A DNA stretch of 64,000 bases from Schmidtea polychroa (taxonomy: Eukaryota), in the NCBI GenBank assembly GCA_044892525.1, contig CM097885.1, positions 36,334,001-36,398,000 of the forward strand, in the 5' to 3' direction. Shown here piece by piece: positions 1 to 14,299 of the stretch. The notes beneath the pieces were generated by a model, which was not told where the DNA came from, did not search any database, and saw nothing but the letters and a program-made list of their open reading frames with translations. Numbering within the stretch: the first letter of the stretch is position 1; every line of letters begins with the position of its first letter. A program made the position numbers and the translations under genes.

Positions 1-645
1 TGTGTCATTGATGTAACAGGAATAATCAAGAAAAACCGGAGCTGCCTCAAATATCTTGATCTGGAATGTGCACGTCGTCCTATGCCCCACTATACCCCAA
101 GGAACTATGAAGAACTTGTTACCAAGATGCAAACTACTTTTAGAAACCTTGAATACAACATGAGCATCAAAATACACTACTTTTTCTCCCATTTGAGTTC
201 GTTTCCTGAGTATCTTGGATCAATAAGTGACGAACAGGGGGAGAGGTTCCATCAATACCTGAAAGAGGTGGAGACAAGGTATCAAGAGCGTTGTGATTCA
301 GTAACGATCTCTTATTCCTGCTGGACCTTGAAAAAAAGACGTCCCTTTTGTTAATTTTTCAAGGACTTACAAGAAACTCAAGTTCAAGCCATTAATTTGT
401 TACCATGATGCTGAAAAACATCAGCTTCTGTAACTTTTTGATATAATATGTTAAGAAATACAAGGTTCTTGTTGAAATCAGATATCTGATTTCCGACTTT
501 CTAATGATTTCTTTAAAATCGAGTTAGCAGGAAAACATTACTTGATACAGAAAAATGGGTATCATTCTTAGATTCAGCTTTGCCAAATTACTATAAATCA
601 GTTAAAAAAGACACCAGACCAAAAAAAATTTTTTGTAGACCAGTG
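1..645 (+). mobile_element. 3' remnant of a Chapaev3-like (CMC) DNA transposon with C-terminal transposase fragment (82..354)
   Basis: ORF reads MSIKIHYFFSHLSSFPEYLGSISDEQGERFHQ..E.RYQ..CWTLK, matching the C-terminal motif I associate with Chapaev3 transposases. Putative right end ...GTAGACCAGTG at 645 is followed by TAA. The left end is not in the window. Confidence 0.6.
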
Positions 646-1312
646 TAATTATAATGTTCATGTTAAGATTGTAAACTATGTATTCATCTCAAGCTATTAT
701 AATAGGTAGGAATGCTCTTAAAAATCGGTTGCTAATTGAAAAAATGACAGGAATCCATTTTGTGGATTAAGATTTTACAAAATACACACATACGATGGCA
801 CGCTAATGAGCCAGTCCAACCAGTAATGTTAAAGATAGACTATCTAGGGTGTCGTTTTTTTTCGTGCATGGCATTTGATAAAATTTTTTATTTTTTAATA
901 ACATTAAAAAAATGTTACATCCCAATTTTGCGCCCCTTTCAGATGTGCGTCCTGTGTGACTGCGCCGCTAGCATCACCCTTGTTACGGCCTTGCCACTAT
1001 GTACTTAATATTGAAATGAAGCATATTTACATAAATTAGGAACATCACAATTCAAAACCAAGGAAGATATGATCAAGTTATTTTAGACGTTTAGCAAAAT
1101 TCGAGATATTATTATTATTATTATTTTCAAATTATTCACAAAGCGAAGAAAGTAAAACGTGACATAAAGTGGAGGGAATAAAACATAAGAAAATTGCATG
1201 AATATAATACTAAATCAATTATTATTATCATAATAATAATTATATGTTGATCTAATAAATTATCTATCTGCAATTTAAATCAATTTATAAAATAAATTTT
1301 CATTTTGTTTAG

Positions 1313-2114
1313 AAATTATGTATATTGGATGGCGATAAACAGGCAGTTTTAATATCCAAATTTTTAAAAGAACTTCTAGAGAGTATAGGTTATTGGAATC
1401 CTGAAGATATCAAATTGGGAGTTGTTCAAACTGCATATGCTAATTTTAATTGTACTAAGACCTTAATTGAAAATATTGGTGTTCCAGTAGTTTGTGTCCC
1501 AACCGGTGTCAAATACTTACATCACACCGGAAAGGAGTTAGACATAAGAATTTATTTCGAGGTAATTTCTTGCAATATATAGCATATCATTACTTATAAC
1601 ATAACATTACTTCTAGACTAATGGTCATGGCTCTATATTATTATCAAAAAGAGCTAGAATTTTTCTTAACAAATACCTTGATTCAGAACATCCTTTGAGA
1701 TTTATACTATTGAATGGACTGATTAATGAAGCCGTTGGTGACTCATTTTCAATTTTGTTATTAATTGAACATATTCTTTCGTGTTCTAATTTGTCACTAA
1801 ATTCTTGGTTTGATATGTATCATGATTTTCCATCATCTTTGCTTCAAGTTCAGATAAGAGATCGTCGGGCTATATCAACAACAAATTGTGAGAGAACTGT
1901 GTCAAGGCCAGCTAAATTGCAACAAAATATTAATGAGAAAATGTTGGAATTTAGTAAAGAGTTTATGTCACGAGTATTCGTTAGACCTTCTGGAACTGAA
2001 GATATTGTCAGAGTTTATGCAGAATCTGAGAGTGAAGAAGTAGCTGAATTAGTTGCCACAGAGGTAGCTCGATTAGTTTATGACCAGGTTGGAGGAATCG
2101 GGATTAGGCCTTAA
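1313..2114 (+). CDS. PGM3: Phosphoacetylglucosamine mutase, last two exons (1313-1561, 1617-2114); 5' exons not seen
   Basis: Motifs [22 protein letters not shown] and [17 protein letters not shown]. Removing the 55-nt GT..AG intron 1562-1616 joins IYFE to TNGHGS, restoring the family YFE(A/T)NGHG motif in frame. Confidence 0.92.
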
Positions 2115-2381
2115 TTGTTTAAGTGTTTTCTCTACTATATTATCATTACTTATATCTTGTGCAAATTCAATATTATAGTCAATTATATTGTCAATGAACT
2201 TTAGATCTTTCAGAGAATTTAATGATCGCTTTTTGTTGATATTCGTATTATTTGATCTGAAATTTCATTATTTTTTTGAAGGTTTTTCAAGTAAATAATT
2301 TGTTTATTTAATTTAAAATTTGGTTTTTATTACTGTTAATGAGGTACATTTATTCAGTTTCCTAAATCTGTCCCATTAAAC

Positions 2382-2793
2382 CAGTGTTGTCCAAATTTTT
2401 TTGAGCCACGGCACACTTGGCTGAATTAAAAATTTTCGCTGAACACCTAAATTTTTTTTGCTTTATTTGCAATTTTTTATTGCACTTTTACTAATATTTT
2501 AATAAGAAATGAAAAACTTATAAACTAAAAAATATTATTATGTAATATTTAAGATTCTAATTAAACATAATTAAGCTGCTTACGTATTTTATATATTCAA
2601 TATTTCTAGTAAGAAATATAAATATGATTGTAAACAAATAAATTTCACACTTAAATGACTGATTAACATTTAAATTTGAAATAACTGTTAAAATATCCAC
2701 AATTCAATTTCCTTTTATTAAGTTGTTTGGAAAAACAGGGTTTTTTTGACTTTTTTTAAAAAAATTTCACGGTACACAGTTTGGACAACGCTG
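2382..2793. mobile_element. hAT-type MITE, family A copy 1
   Basis: TIRs CAGTGTTGTCCAAA / TTTGGACAACGCTG, perfect 8-bp TSD CATTAAAC, and a second copy at 62166-62616. Confidence 0.92.
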
Positions 2794-3063
2794 CATTAAA
2801 CCGAGGTTTTTGAAACGATATATAGTTAAAGTGAGTGATAAGTGTGTTTGACATCATTGTGTGAAAAACTGTTTGCTGGATTTTTTTCTAAATAATTTTG
2901 AAGCATTCTCCATCATGAATAATGGAAGTATATTTTCAAAATACTTGTATCTTATTTTCAGTGGTGTGATTCAAAATATTTAATAACCGTTTCGCACCCT
3001 GATCGCACTCACTCAAAAAAAATTAAAAATTAGTCAAATCGCGGTTTGTTATAGGGTTATATC

Positions 3064-3372
3064 CAGTGGTGAGCTGTGAAAAAACAACAAAGAGCTCGAA
3101 GAAAAAAAATTTAGGTGTTTTTGTCACGAAAAAAATGCTTTTTTCCGATTTTGCATTTTTAGCAAAATATAAGAGCGTCCAGAAAATTTTTTTTTGATAT
3201 ACAAATGCGGTAAAATTGTTTTAAAAATGTTTACTACCAAAACAATAGAAATTTTAATTTGAAGTTAAGCGCAAAATCACAGTTGAAAGAACAACAAGGG
3301 GCTCACAAAATTTTTTAAAAGTTAACAAAGGGCTCTGCCGAGCCCCCGCGGGACATGCATAGCTCACCACTG
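3064..3372. mobile_element. hAT-type MITE
   Basis: TIRs CAGTGGTGAGCT / AGCTCACCACTG with perfect 8-bp TSD GTTATATC. Confidence 0.9.
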
Positions 3373-4520
3373 GTTATATCTGTGCCAGAATTCGGTTTCT
3401 TTACAAAAAACTCGGACAAAACTTGTTGTCCAAAGCGCTTCATGATGGCTGAAACAAATACCGAGAATTTACATAAGAACAACTAATATAATTTACTTTA
3501 ATGTAAATTTAACGTTGATTATTTTACTATATAATAAATTTTATTTAACAAATTGTTTATATATATATACAGTAGACCATCGCCTTACGACCGCCCGGTT
3601 TTACGACCTCGCTTTCTAGGGCCAATCACGACAATGACTCACAATTACGAAGAGCCTAGCCACGCATTCCCCCAGCCTACAATAGTTAGGCCCTAACTTC
3701 AATGCAAGTATAATGACTAATTTTGTAACAAAATACTAGACATTCATGTTTTCAATCACAATACTACCGAATGTTATTAAGTATTTTGTTTATTTTTAAT
3801 ATTTATTTTTAAGTGAATAATATTTAAAATACAAACAATATTTCTTTCATAAAAAAAATTAAACTACAATTTTATTTAATTAAATTTGGTAAAATTGCGT
3901 ATTTGAGTACAAATGCTACTTTTCGTGTGATTGAGAATGGCATTATTCAATTGAGTCATCATTGATTGCAACTACATCATTTTCAATTGTTAAATCTTCT
4001 ATCACCTCTGTATTATCAACTTTCATTGTTTGGCTGGCACATACAGGTGTTATTAGTGATTTTGTGGTTCTTATACTCGCATTTAGTTGCCTGAAATTAT
4101 TTTGTTAAAGAATAGATAGGCGAAATTCAAGACCTAGCCATTTATAACATTGGGTCAATGGGAAATAATTTCAATCTTTTGCTGTTGGGTATATCAATCT
4201 GTCAAATTGAAACTGTAATTAAAATTAAAAAAACGTTTATTCAAAATCACATTTTTAATCGTAACCAACAAACAACATGCTTTTTTATTTTGTTTATATT
4301 TAACAAAATTATACGTGACTGGTATTTTTATTTTAAAGTATTATTATTAAAATATCGAATTAAGTAATATCCAAGTTTTAATAAAATATAATAAAAAGTT
4401 TGTGCGTTCCTGAGCTGCAGAAGCTTCAATCTAAGTAAAATATAATAAATTTAAACATTTACATTATAAATAGTTATGCTGACTATTATTTATTATTTAT
4501 TATTTTAAACCTATTTTAGA

Positions 4521-6542
4521 ATGTCAATAAATAAATGGAAGAAAATCATATACAGTTCAGCAAAAGCTAAATATTATAAGCAAATATAAAAAAGACATCT
4601 ATGGATTTCAAAAACTTTCAAATGAAACTGGAGTTCCTGTTACAAATTTGAAAAGGTGGTATAGTCAGAGAGCTGATTTTGAAATACTGCTTAATAAACA
4701 TGATGTCTCAATAAAAACTTAAGGCGGTTAGAAGGTGGTGGACGAAAAAAGAAATTTGCCGAACTGGAGCAGTTATTAGTTGAATGGCTGACGGAAAGGA
4801 ATAAAAATGGGCTACGGATGAAAGATAGTTATATACAAATTAAAGCTAAAGATTTATCTGCAATTTTATATGATAAAGATAAAAGGCAGGACTAAGTTGA
4901 TTTTAAAGTCACTAAAGGTTTTCTAGAAAATTTTAAAAAAAGGTTTAATTTAGTTTCCAGGCGTCAGACGTCATCGCGACAGCTACCTGAGAATGTGTTT
5001 AACATCATTACCAGCTTCCACGAAAGATTTTTCAAATATTAGAGGAAAAAAATATTACTCCAAATAATGTTATCAATATGGACCAAGTACCTCGTTATTT
5101 TGAAAGTTAACCAAAATCAACTATAACACGAAAAGGTTCTCATAATGTCTTACTTCGAAAGGCAGCTCACAAGCGATGTACTGTGACATTTAGTATAACA
5201 TTGGCAGGCAAAATTTTACCACTTCATGTACTTTTTTTTAAATTAAAAAATAAACCGACTGTGAGTGAGGGTTGTCTTGTTGATGTCAACAAAACCGGGA
5301 TGTGGAACGACGACATTTTGGACAATTACATTAAAAACAACATCGTAAAAAGAATAGAAACTTCGTTTTATCGACAACCAATTTTACTTTTGATCGATAG
5401 TTATGGTCCTCACGTTAAACTATTTAAAAACAAAAAGTGGGAAAAAATGAATATATTTATAGTACTGATTCCACCGAATTAAACGGGGATTTTACAGCCG
5501 TTAGATGTTGTGCAAAATCGTAGTTTTCAGGAGTTTTATAGTACCCAATATGACACTTATATAGCAAGTGCACTGTTAAATGCTGAGTTGAAAACCAAAT
5601 CAGGTAATCCAAAAATACCATCGTATCTTAAAGTTTCAGAATAGACTCTAAATTGGATCAAGACACACTCAGAACAAAAAGTCCAAAATTCTTTTTCAGT
5701 GTGTGGAATAGGCCTAAGGGATAGCTTTAATGTAGAAAAGTTACATACCCCATTAAAAATGTTCCTATCACCATTAATGGATACATACGAGTGGTTAGAA
5801 CTGTATGGAGCTGTTTTGAAACAAAATTGTTAGTTTGATGAGGATCCTTCCGATTGGTTTTGGCCAGCAAATAGTATACCAAAAACCAGTTTCTTTATAT
5901 GTATTATGAATTTGATACCAAATAATGAAGCAATGGATTTGTAGAATGGATAAAGATCTATGGACCAAAAATATTTAATATTATAAAAACAGACACGATT
6001 TTTGTGGGGTATATGATGAAACGGATATCAATGCTATATTAAGAGGTGAGTACACAAGTACACGTTTGGAATTAAAAGCTGTTTCAATACATGAAAAATG
6101 GGAAATAAACGTAATAGAACTAAATGAAGTTCTTCACGAAGCGGAAAATAGTTTTAAAAAATTAACTTATCTAAGTTGCCAAGAATTCTATGGGTATAAA
6201 CTTTAAATTTAAAGTTCTATTTTATAACAATGGTTATGCTATTCTTCTTTATTTTGTTATATAATATTATTTTTTTATTGTTTTTTAGCTATTATAATTT
6301 TTTTAAAAATTAATATGTTACATCATTTGTATCTTGAATTGAATTTAAAACGAATGAATAAACTTTATATTTATACTCAATTTACCATTAATTTCAAATT
6401 TCAGTCCCATTATTCGAATATAAGGAATAGTCCTTATATTCGAAAGTCCTTACATTCAATTTTTTTACCAACTTTTAAAATATCAATATAAAAAAAGAAA
6501 TCGAATAGAAGGACCGGTCCCTTTATTCGAGGGAAGACGGTA
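4521..6542 (+). mobile_element. Decayed pogo/Tigger-like DNA transposon (CENP-B-type HTH + DDE_1 transposase pseudogene)
   Basis: Broken frames read GGGRKKKFAELEQLLVEWL, NMDQVPRYFE, LLLIDSYGPH and IPPN*TGILQPLDV, with stops and frameshifts. Pogo-like right terminus ...TTATTCGAGGGAAGACGG|TA ends at 6542. Confidence 0.8.
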
Positions 6543-7660
6543 GCACTCGATGATGCTATAAATGAAATAAAACATGTCAACCACTCTAAAATTTTCTTAT
6601 ACAAAGTGTATACTATATATCATCTATCCAACAAAAAACCAAAATGAATTGGAAACCGTTGCCGAAGAAATGAACATCGAAATCGTTAAGATTGGTCTCG
6701 TGTTAGGTCCTCATTGAGCAGCCTGTAGCTTAAGATCTGCTACTGCGGTGTGGCACTATACAAACATTTTGCCAACTCTATATTATACACAGGAATGGCT
6801 AAAAGATTAGCTAATATAAATTTTATTAAAGATTTAGCACTGATGATAAACATTTTAGAAGAACTTTCTATTCTTTCAAATGCCTTGCAATCACGAACAA
6901 TTAATATATCGAGAGCCGACAAATTAAATATACATTCAATAAGAGCAATAGAAATGCGAAAAACTGATTTTAGAAAGCATGAAGAACAAGTTCCAAGTTT
7001 AACTATTTCAGATGACTTCAAATGTGTACCATTCGAAAACAATAATAAATTTAAATCTATTCCAAGAGAAAAATTATTGGATAGTGTTGCCCAGAATATT
7101 AAGCTTAGACTGTTATGTGATACCCATATAAGGTTAAATAATAGACATATATTGATAATAATTATGATAAATTTATACAAATATATAAATATTTGACGTT
7201 TTAGAACTTTGCACATGGGCTTTTGATGAAATACTTTCACCTTGGGTAAAAGGGGAAGAAAAATTTACTGAATTAAGCGAAATTCTAAAATTTAACATTG
7301 ATATCAACGAATTTCGTGATTTTGTTGATGGTAACATACAGTCACATAATATTAAGCTGCCTAAAACAATTTTGGAGGCAAAGAAAATAGCTAACACCAT
7401 AGCAGTTAGCAGTGTAGAAGCCTTACGAGGATTTAGTTTGATGAATACAATTGTAACAAAATTAAGAACTATTTTAACAATAGATTATATTGCAGATCTA
7501 ATGTCCATAATTTTATTGGGAAAGCCGGTCAATGATTTCGATGTAACAACCATGGTAAAGTCGTGGATAAATGAAAATCAGACTGGAAACGAAGACTAAA
7601 ATGAAAAAAAGGGCCAAGGAGAAGTTTTCGGAAAATGAAGTAGGCATGTGTAGCTTATAA
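6543..7660 (+). pseudogene. hAT transposase C-terminal relic (ZNF862-like, dimerisation domain)
   Basis: ORFs 6750-7196 and 7372-7599 give LALMINILEELSILSNALQSR and IAVSSVEALRGFSLMNTIVTKLR (degenerate hAT 'S..ERGFS' motif); frameshifted. Confidence 0.75.
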
Positions 7661-8215
7661 TAATGCATTAATAAGGACTTCATATATAAAGTTCATTTTC
7701 CTCTGTAATACTGTTAATATTTATGTATTAATGTATGCTTAATGTTTTATATGTATAATCTTATTTCAATATAATTAAAATTAAATTAAAATAAAGCTGG
7801 ATTTCTGCCAAAGTTTTTATGGATAATTCCAAAAAATGATGAACTAGATAGAACTAGAAATAACGGTGGACTCGTGCACAAAATAAATAAGGAAAATAAT
7901 ATTAAATGATCAGCGCCAAGGTCTAATTTAAATTTAATAAAGCCGAAATTCAGAGTGAATTCCTACTCAAAATATTTAAGAATGATAGCAATTGTGACAT
8001 GGAACTTAAACTAAAATTTTGAAATCAAGACATAGGAGTGAATCCCTGCACAAAAAATTGGAAATAACTTCGGATAATGGTGATTATTATAGTAACCTAA
8101 GTACGATCAAATCAAATAAAGAATTAAGGGTAGCTCCCTCTCGAAAAATGTATTCGTTTTTTATTTGAATATGCGTGAATATTTGAAGGAACCGGTATAT
8201 AGTTCGGCATAGAGT

Positions 8216-8595
8216 CAGTGCTCGAAGTGAGGCGGGATAGCCGGGATATTATCCCGGCATTGATTATGTAGGCGGAATTGCATCCCGGCACTTCATTTCA
8301 TATAATCTATAGGTTTATCCCGGTACTTATTTCATTTTATAGGCACACAAATACTGCAATTAAGGTCACACATAGTACATCCATATATGTATGTATATAT
8401 ATATATATTCTTTATTCTCTATTCTCTATTCAATTAAGAATTTCCCAAGCAGCAGTAATGGATAGGTAGGTATTTGTTGGACACCCCCCAAAGTTTTGCA
8501 ACACCCCCAACTGAAAATTTCTGCATAAAAGCCTGGAATCCCGGGTGCCACAGCATGCCTATCCCGGCACATATTTTGTTCCACTTCGAGCACTG
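8216..8595. mobile_element. hAT-type MITE
   Basis: TIRs CAGTGCTCGAAGTG / CACTTCGAGCACTG, perfect 8-bp TSD CATAGAGT, repeated internal ATCCCGGCA motifs. Confidence 0.9.
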
Positions 8596-10117
8596 CATAG
8601 AGTCATGAAAGGAAATATCACAAACTAAAAATTACCTCAATAAAGGGTTCACTGAAGTCGATTGGGAAATAGTTTGCATATTCAAGTCATTATATTAGAT
8701 CATGATTCGGAATCAATCGCATTTACTTAAGTTCTTAATCATGTAGAATTATCAATGAACCTAACAAGAATTGACCCAAGCTATCGAAAATTAGTGGATG
8801 ATAATCCCGATCAGTATAAAGATAAGGCGGCGAAACCAGCCCGAGAGGCTGGCAACGACGACAACTGATAAACGCATTGCGGCAGTAAAAAGAAAAAATT
8901 TCTTAATGGGAAAATACGATTGCTACTGCTAAGTTGGAATAAATATGAATGCGAAAAATCAATAGTCACCACCAGTTGGGAACAAGTTGTGGATAAAATC
9001 TGGATAAAAGCTATTGAGGTAAATGTATTAATACCAGATAATATTTTGATTGCAGGATCCTAATAATTGTGGGCAAGGTCGTACTGAGTGGCTGTCAACC
9101 AACGGGAATGAAAGGAAACAAATTTAGAGACCTAGAATCGAAGCTGTCAGATGAAGACTACCGGGCGCCACAATTAATCTGGAAGTTCAGAGGCATTGAA
9201 TAGCGAACGGGAGCATCGAATGTTCATCGTGAAACGGGAGCCCATCCTAATCCCACCATGATTGATCCGTACACAGGCCGTCCAAGCAATCCAGGTCACC
9301 ATAAGTAACCTGCATCATACAGAGCTCATTTCTGTGTAGTGATTAAATAAAAATTTTCTGTTTCGATCATAAATCTTTGTTTAAAGCACCTGGTATTGAT
9401 TAGATATAGAGAAACGGACATATGCTCTCTATCAGCTGTCCGTGAACCCAATTGAATTCTGAATGACCATAGTTCACTTATCGCGGGTATTCACTCATAT
9501 GACACAGTACCAGCGTTGATTGTTCAATGGGAGTAGGATGGTAATGAAAACCATTACATCTTGAGTTACGTCAGAGACGACACGAAAGGGCTAAATATTG
9601 AATGCTTGTAATCCACCATAATTGTAATTTAAATAGCTTTCAGGAGACACTGATTCCTCATTTTTGTTAATAAAAATTTAAAACGCTTCCCGATCATAAT
9701 TAGGAATGACATGCTTCAATTATGAACCAAATTTTATCATGAATTCAATAGACTTAAACTCCATCCTTGGAAAATTAAAAGTGGAGAATATGTAACACTA
9801 AATGATAATATAAAACATAGCCAAATTTATTACAAAAATGTCGAACTTTTATAATCCCCAAATTTAGGGCAGTAGCACGCGTTCCAATCACTGATTAATT
9901 TAAAAATGAAATGTTAATTAACATTTTATTAAATTTTACTTTTATTATTTATTATATTTTTCAAAGTTTAAACATTATTTTAATATTTAGTTTTTAAAAT
10001 CATTAAAGCTACTGATTAATTAAACAGTAGTGCAAATAAATAACCAATGACCAATAATCAACAATTATCCTCGGAAAAAGACAAATCAATAAATATATGT
10101 AAATATATATTTAAATA

Positions 10118-10774
10118 TTAAAAAAGGTCATCTAAATTAAGATCTTTTAACGAATACAAAGACTGCTTTTGTTGAAGCTCTCCATTCATACTGGCTGCCT
10201 TGATTGATGCATTACTTTTCGATGTTTGATAGACAACATCAGCATTGTTAGATGGCAATTTGTTTTTGTTGGCATTCATGGACTTTTTTTTCCTTGATGA
10301 GCAATCGACGGAGTTCCCATTAATTGATAGTGAGGAATTCACAGTATCCCTGTTATCATAAAGGGGCTTACCGGATTGGATGTTTTTTGTCATGATACTC
10401 TAGTAATATTGTCACGATTATCAGTTTGATATTTAAAAAAATTAATTTTCTGGTATTGTAGAGAGGGACTCAACAAAAAACGGCCCTTTTAAAAGTCATA
10501 AAAAATGTTCAAATGATATATATTCATCAATTAAAACCAAGGTGACCCTAACCCCCCTCTACCCCGCCGGTTTTCCAAACTTGATATACCTGTTGAATAA
10601 CAATTATTGATCTCTAGATAATCACTGACCCAGATCAGTTATCGATCATACCCCGCGATAACTTTCTAAAATATCAATTCCACAGTTACTATGGCAACTT
10701 TAAATTACTTTTTAAAACATAATAACAAATAAAATAATAATAAATATAAATAATACTGATAATAAAAATTATAA

Positions 10775-10845
<71 letters not shown>

Positions 10846-11644
10846 ATAATAATAATTTCTATGAACAAAATTTTCCTGTAGAACAACAATGCAACTCATA
10901 AAAACGTTTATCACAAAATTACAAATTTATGAATTACTTCAATAGATTCCCATATTGTGTCATTTGAATTAGGTTTCATATTTGATGCGGTTTCAGATAG
11001 CTTTGGTGATATATTCTGATCAGTGCTGTTAGCATCGGCATTACTTGACTCGATATTCATTGAAACCTTTGCTCCAAGCATTTCCGATAATTGATTTAAT
11101 AATCGGCGACCTTGTCCGTAACCTCCGGGTAGTTCGAATCGAATCGGTTTAGTACTGCTTCCTTCCCATTGGTCAACAATTAAATGCCCCCAGTGGCGAT
11201 TGTGCAATGGACATCGACTTAATATTAATTTGAAATTGCTTCCACTCAAGGGAGATCGAATAATCATTTGATGAACGCATTCCTTATTCGATAATATTAT
11301 TCCAAATATGCCCATCACAACTTACTTCATGGCAGTCGCTGAACTTAATATTTGAAGGAGGATTCATTTTGAAAATTGTTTGTTTCTGATTCTAGAAATT
11401 ATTATTATATAATATAAAATATTTATAGATTTTTAAAAATGGTAACAAATGATTGTAAATAACATTAAAAAATCATAATTAATAATAACAAATATAAAAT
11501 ATTTATAGATTTATAGTAATTATAGATTTTAAAAATGGTAACAAATGATTGTAAAATAATATTAACGAAATCATAATTAATAATAACAAATTTAAAATAG
11601 TTCTATTAAAATATTTTAGGTCAGGAATAATTATAAAAAACAAT

Positions 11645-11726
<82 letters not shown>

Positions 11727-13095
11727 TTCCTGAATGAATTTAGTAATGTCGACATTTTCCCCCATCCCTTTCTGCTTGTTGCTAGCCATACAATGAATTC
11801 TAATTGTTACTCCTTCAATACCAGTATTGGATAAATTGCATCCCTAACCCGCTGCTTTTATAATGTCAATCAAATAAATAATTACCTCTAATAATTTTGA
11901 AATTTTTTCTATTGCTTCATCATTTAATTGAATTTTGTGATTTGAAACAATTTCCTCTGATTTTATACGATTCTTTATTTGGATTTTGCTATCGATATGC
12001 TTCTTAAGACGTATATTTTGGATGTTGTGTAAGTTACCGATATGAAATCGTCCATCGGTTGCTGAATTCCATTGAATGCTTTGTTTTTTGTGCAAAATTT
12101 TTGCAACGTGCTTCTTTTGGACGAGCCTCTGAAACCATTCGCTGTTCATGAAGTTGAAACCATCTATATTTGAATGCTAGATTATTTATTTAAAGTATCT
12201 TCGAGATTAACCGTCACTGTCGGGATCTTTATTTAAATTTAAATTGATCCTGCTAAAATTTCTTGCTACCCATTGCTGTTCCTCGCGTAAATCACCCAAA
12301 CGGGACTTTATACCCGTTAATTTCATTATGCTATTGTCCGTTATTCGAAGAACAGTAAGATATTTACGCTCTTGGATTTCTGATGAATGTATTTCATTAT
12401 TTCCTATCTGATAACGTCTATCAAAAATTTCCACTATTACGTAATTAGAATACAAATATTGTTCCTAAATAAGTTTTAATCAAAAAATAGTAAATAACTG
12501 AAACATAAAAATTTCTGATTACAATAGTAAAACAAGCAATTAATTAATTAATTTACAATATATATATATATATTTCATTAAATTAAAATTAACATTTAAT
12601 AATAAATGCAATATCAATTCATCATATGAAATATCAGAAATATTAATTTCTAATAAAAATGAAAATATTTCTTAAATTGGCAAATTAAATAAACTTAATA
12701 TAATCAAATTTATTAATAAAAAATTTTAATTTTAAAGAATTGATAAAGTATAATAGTATTATTTAACCTTTGCTTGACATAAACCAGATAATATTGTAGT
12801 TGGCAGCTAAATTATTCATCCTAAAATGGTATGTCAAAAAAATTGTATTACCAATCCGTAGTCAATAGAATCCAAAACTCGAGAATCCTGAATTTCGATA
12901 ATATTAGAAAGTCAAAAGAATTCATATTACTTGATAAGTGAAATACATAGACTCCTCTTTATCATTAACTTTCATAAAAATTTCATATCCTTCTTCCAGT
13001 GGATATAATATGATTTTGATTTTATTTAAATTATGGCGGATAATTAAATTTTCGATATCAAAAGAATCATAAAAATTCCATAACTTAAAAGACAT
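10118..13095 (-). CDS. SUPT20H: SAGA complex subunit SPT20-like protein, multi-exon (first exons 13095-12931, 12887-12852, 12806-12768, next from 12464; last exon 10399-10118)
   Basis: Hand-spliced through GT..AG introns of 43, 45 and ~300 nt. The product KIILYPLEEGYEIF...YQDSRVLDSIDYGLLPTTILSGL...YSNYVIVEIFDRR parallels the Spt20 domain (NLYPGNEGY...[23 protein letters not shown]...CVIAEIRDYR). Middle exon boundaries are only partly resolved. Confidence 0.72.
10779..10834. repeat. (TA)n microsatellite in an SPT20-like intron
   Basis: Direct reading. Similar (TA)n runs occur at ~11649-11718, ~57740-57780 and ~59284-59381. Confidence 0.95.
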
Positions 13096-14299
13096 TGTGA
13101 TTCAATTTGTTCACTCTTTAAATATTAAAATAAATACAATTGAAAAAGATTTAAAAATTCTAATTTTCAATTGAAAAGCAGGTTAATGGTCAATCTTCCA
13201 TGAAAAATATCTACTATAATAATCTTCAATTTAAATAAACTGAATAATTCTTAAAAAATCAAATATTATTTTATGAACAATTTTAATTTTGAAAAAATAT
13301 ATATAAAATATTGTTAGAAATTATTCTTAATTATGATTAATTTGATTACTTTAAACAAATTTATTTATTTTAAAAATATTTTTTTAACAGTAATACATAA
13401 CTTAATTTTATCAAAAAATAGGTACCTAGACGTTACAAATAAAATTTATTACACATAAATTTTAATTATCTTCTTGCTCTGGAATATAAGCAAAGTTATT
13501 CCTTAATAATCTTCTTAAACTATGTAAATATATATTTATTGTGCCAAAGTTCTAAAACTCACCACACCACCGAACAAGCTGTTGGGCCAGGAAGAATTAT
13601 TTTGTTTTAACGAAGAAACTAATTTTGTTTTTCTGTGTTCAAGTATAAATCTTTATTTTCTTAGAATGAGGACTTTCGCATTGGAAAATGTAATTATAAA
13701 ATAATCGGCCATTTAAACAATAAATAAATAATTAAATGAAAAAATATATATAATTAAAAAAGTAATCATGTAATAATTCAATTAGAAAACTCAAATAACT
13801 AGCACTTGCTAAATAAAATAAAAATAAAATAAAGAAAAAAAAACATAAAAATTTAAAAATAAAATAAAATTTCGCTAAATTACATACCCGCTTAATCCCT
13901 ATTGGATAAAGCATTGGTAAAAATAATATATATACGGCCATAAAATTGCATTTTTCAATGTTAATTCTTTTGCGAACTTAGATATTATTCGGGACTTCAC
14001 TTACTATTTCAGAAAACTGGCCAATTCGTAGGAACTTTCTTAAAACTTTATTTACAGGAATCATTTGGACAATCGGTAATAGTTTTATTGTAAATTTTTA
14101 GTTTTATTTGTGTTTATAATTGATGTTAAAGGATATGCTATTTGTAATATAATGAAAAATTAAAATTTTTAAAACCAATGCATTTCCTTTTCTCTCACAA
14201 CTGTATTTGATTAATGTAATAATCAGTAAAACCATAAAATGATAATTTAAGCCTTTTGCTGCAAATAATGTATTTAATGAAAGAATTTTCGACTATACG

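Noticed and set aside
3569..3700. TA|CAGTAGACC Tigger-like left terminus as the partner of the pogo end at 6542
   Set aside because: It is not the reverse complement of the 6542 terminus; probably a fragment of a different element.
7850..9850. Possible decayed gypsy-like relic around the MITE at 8216
   Set aside because: The composition looks formerly coding, but I found no diagnostic motif, LTR or PBS, so it is not reported as a feature.
10689..10914. IYIYIY ORFs (also 59104-59397 and 26144-26479)
   Set aside because: Translation of (TA)n-type microsatellites.
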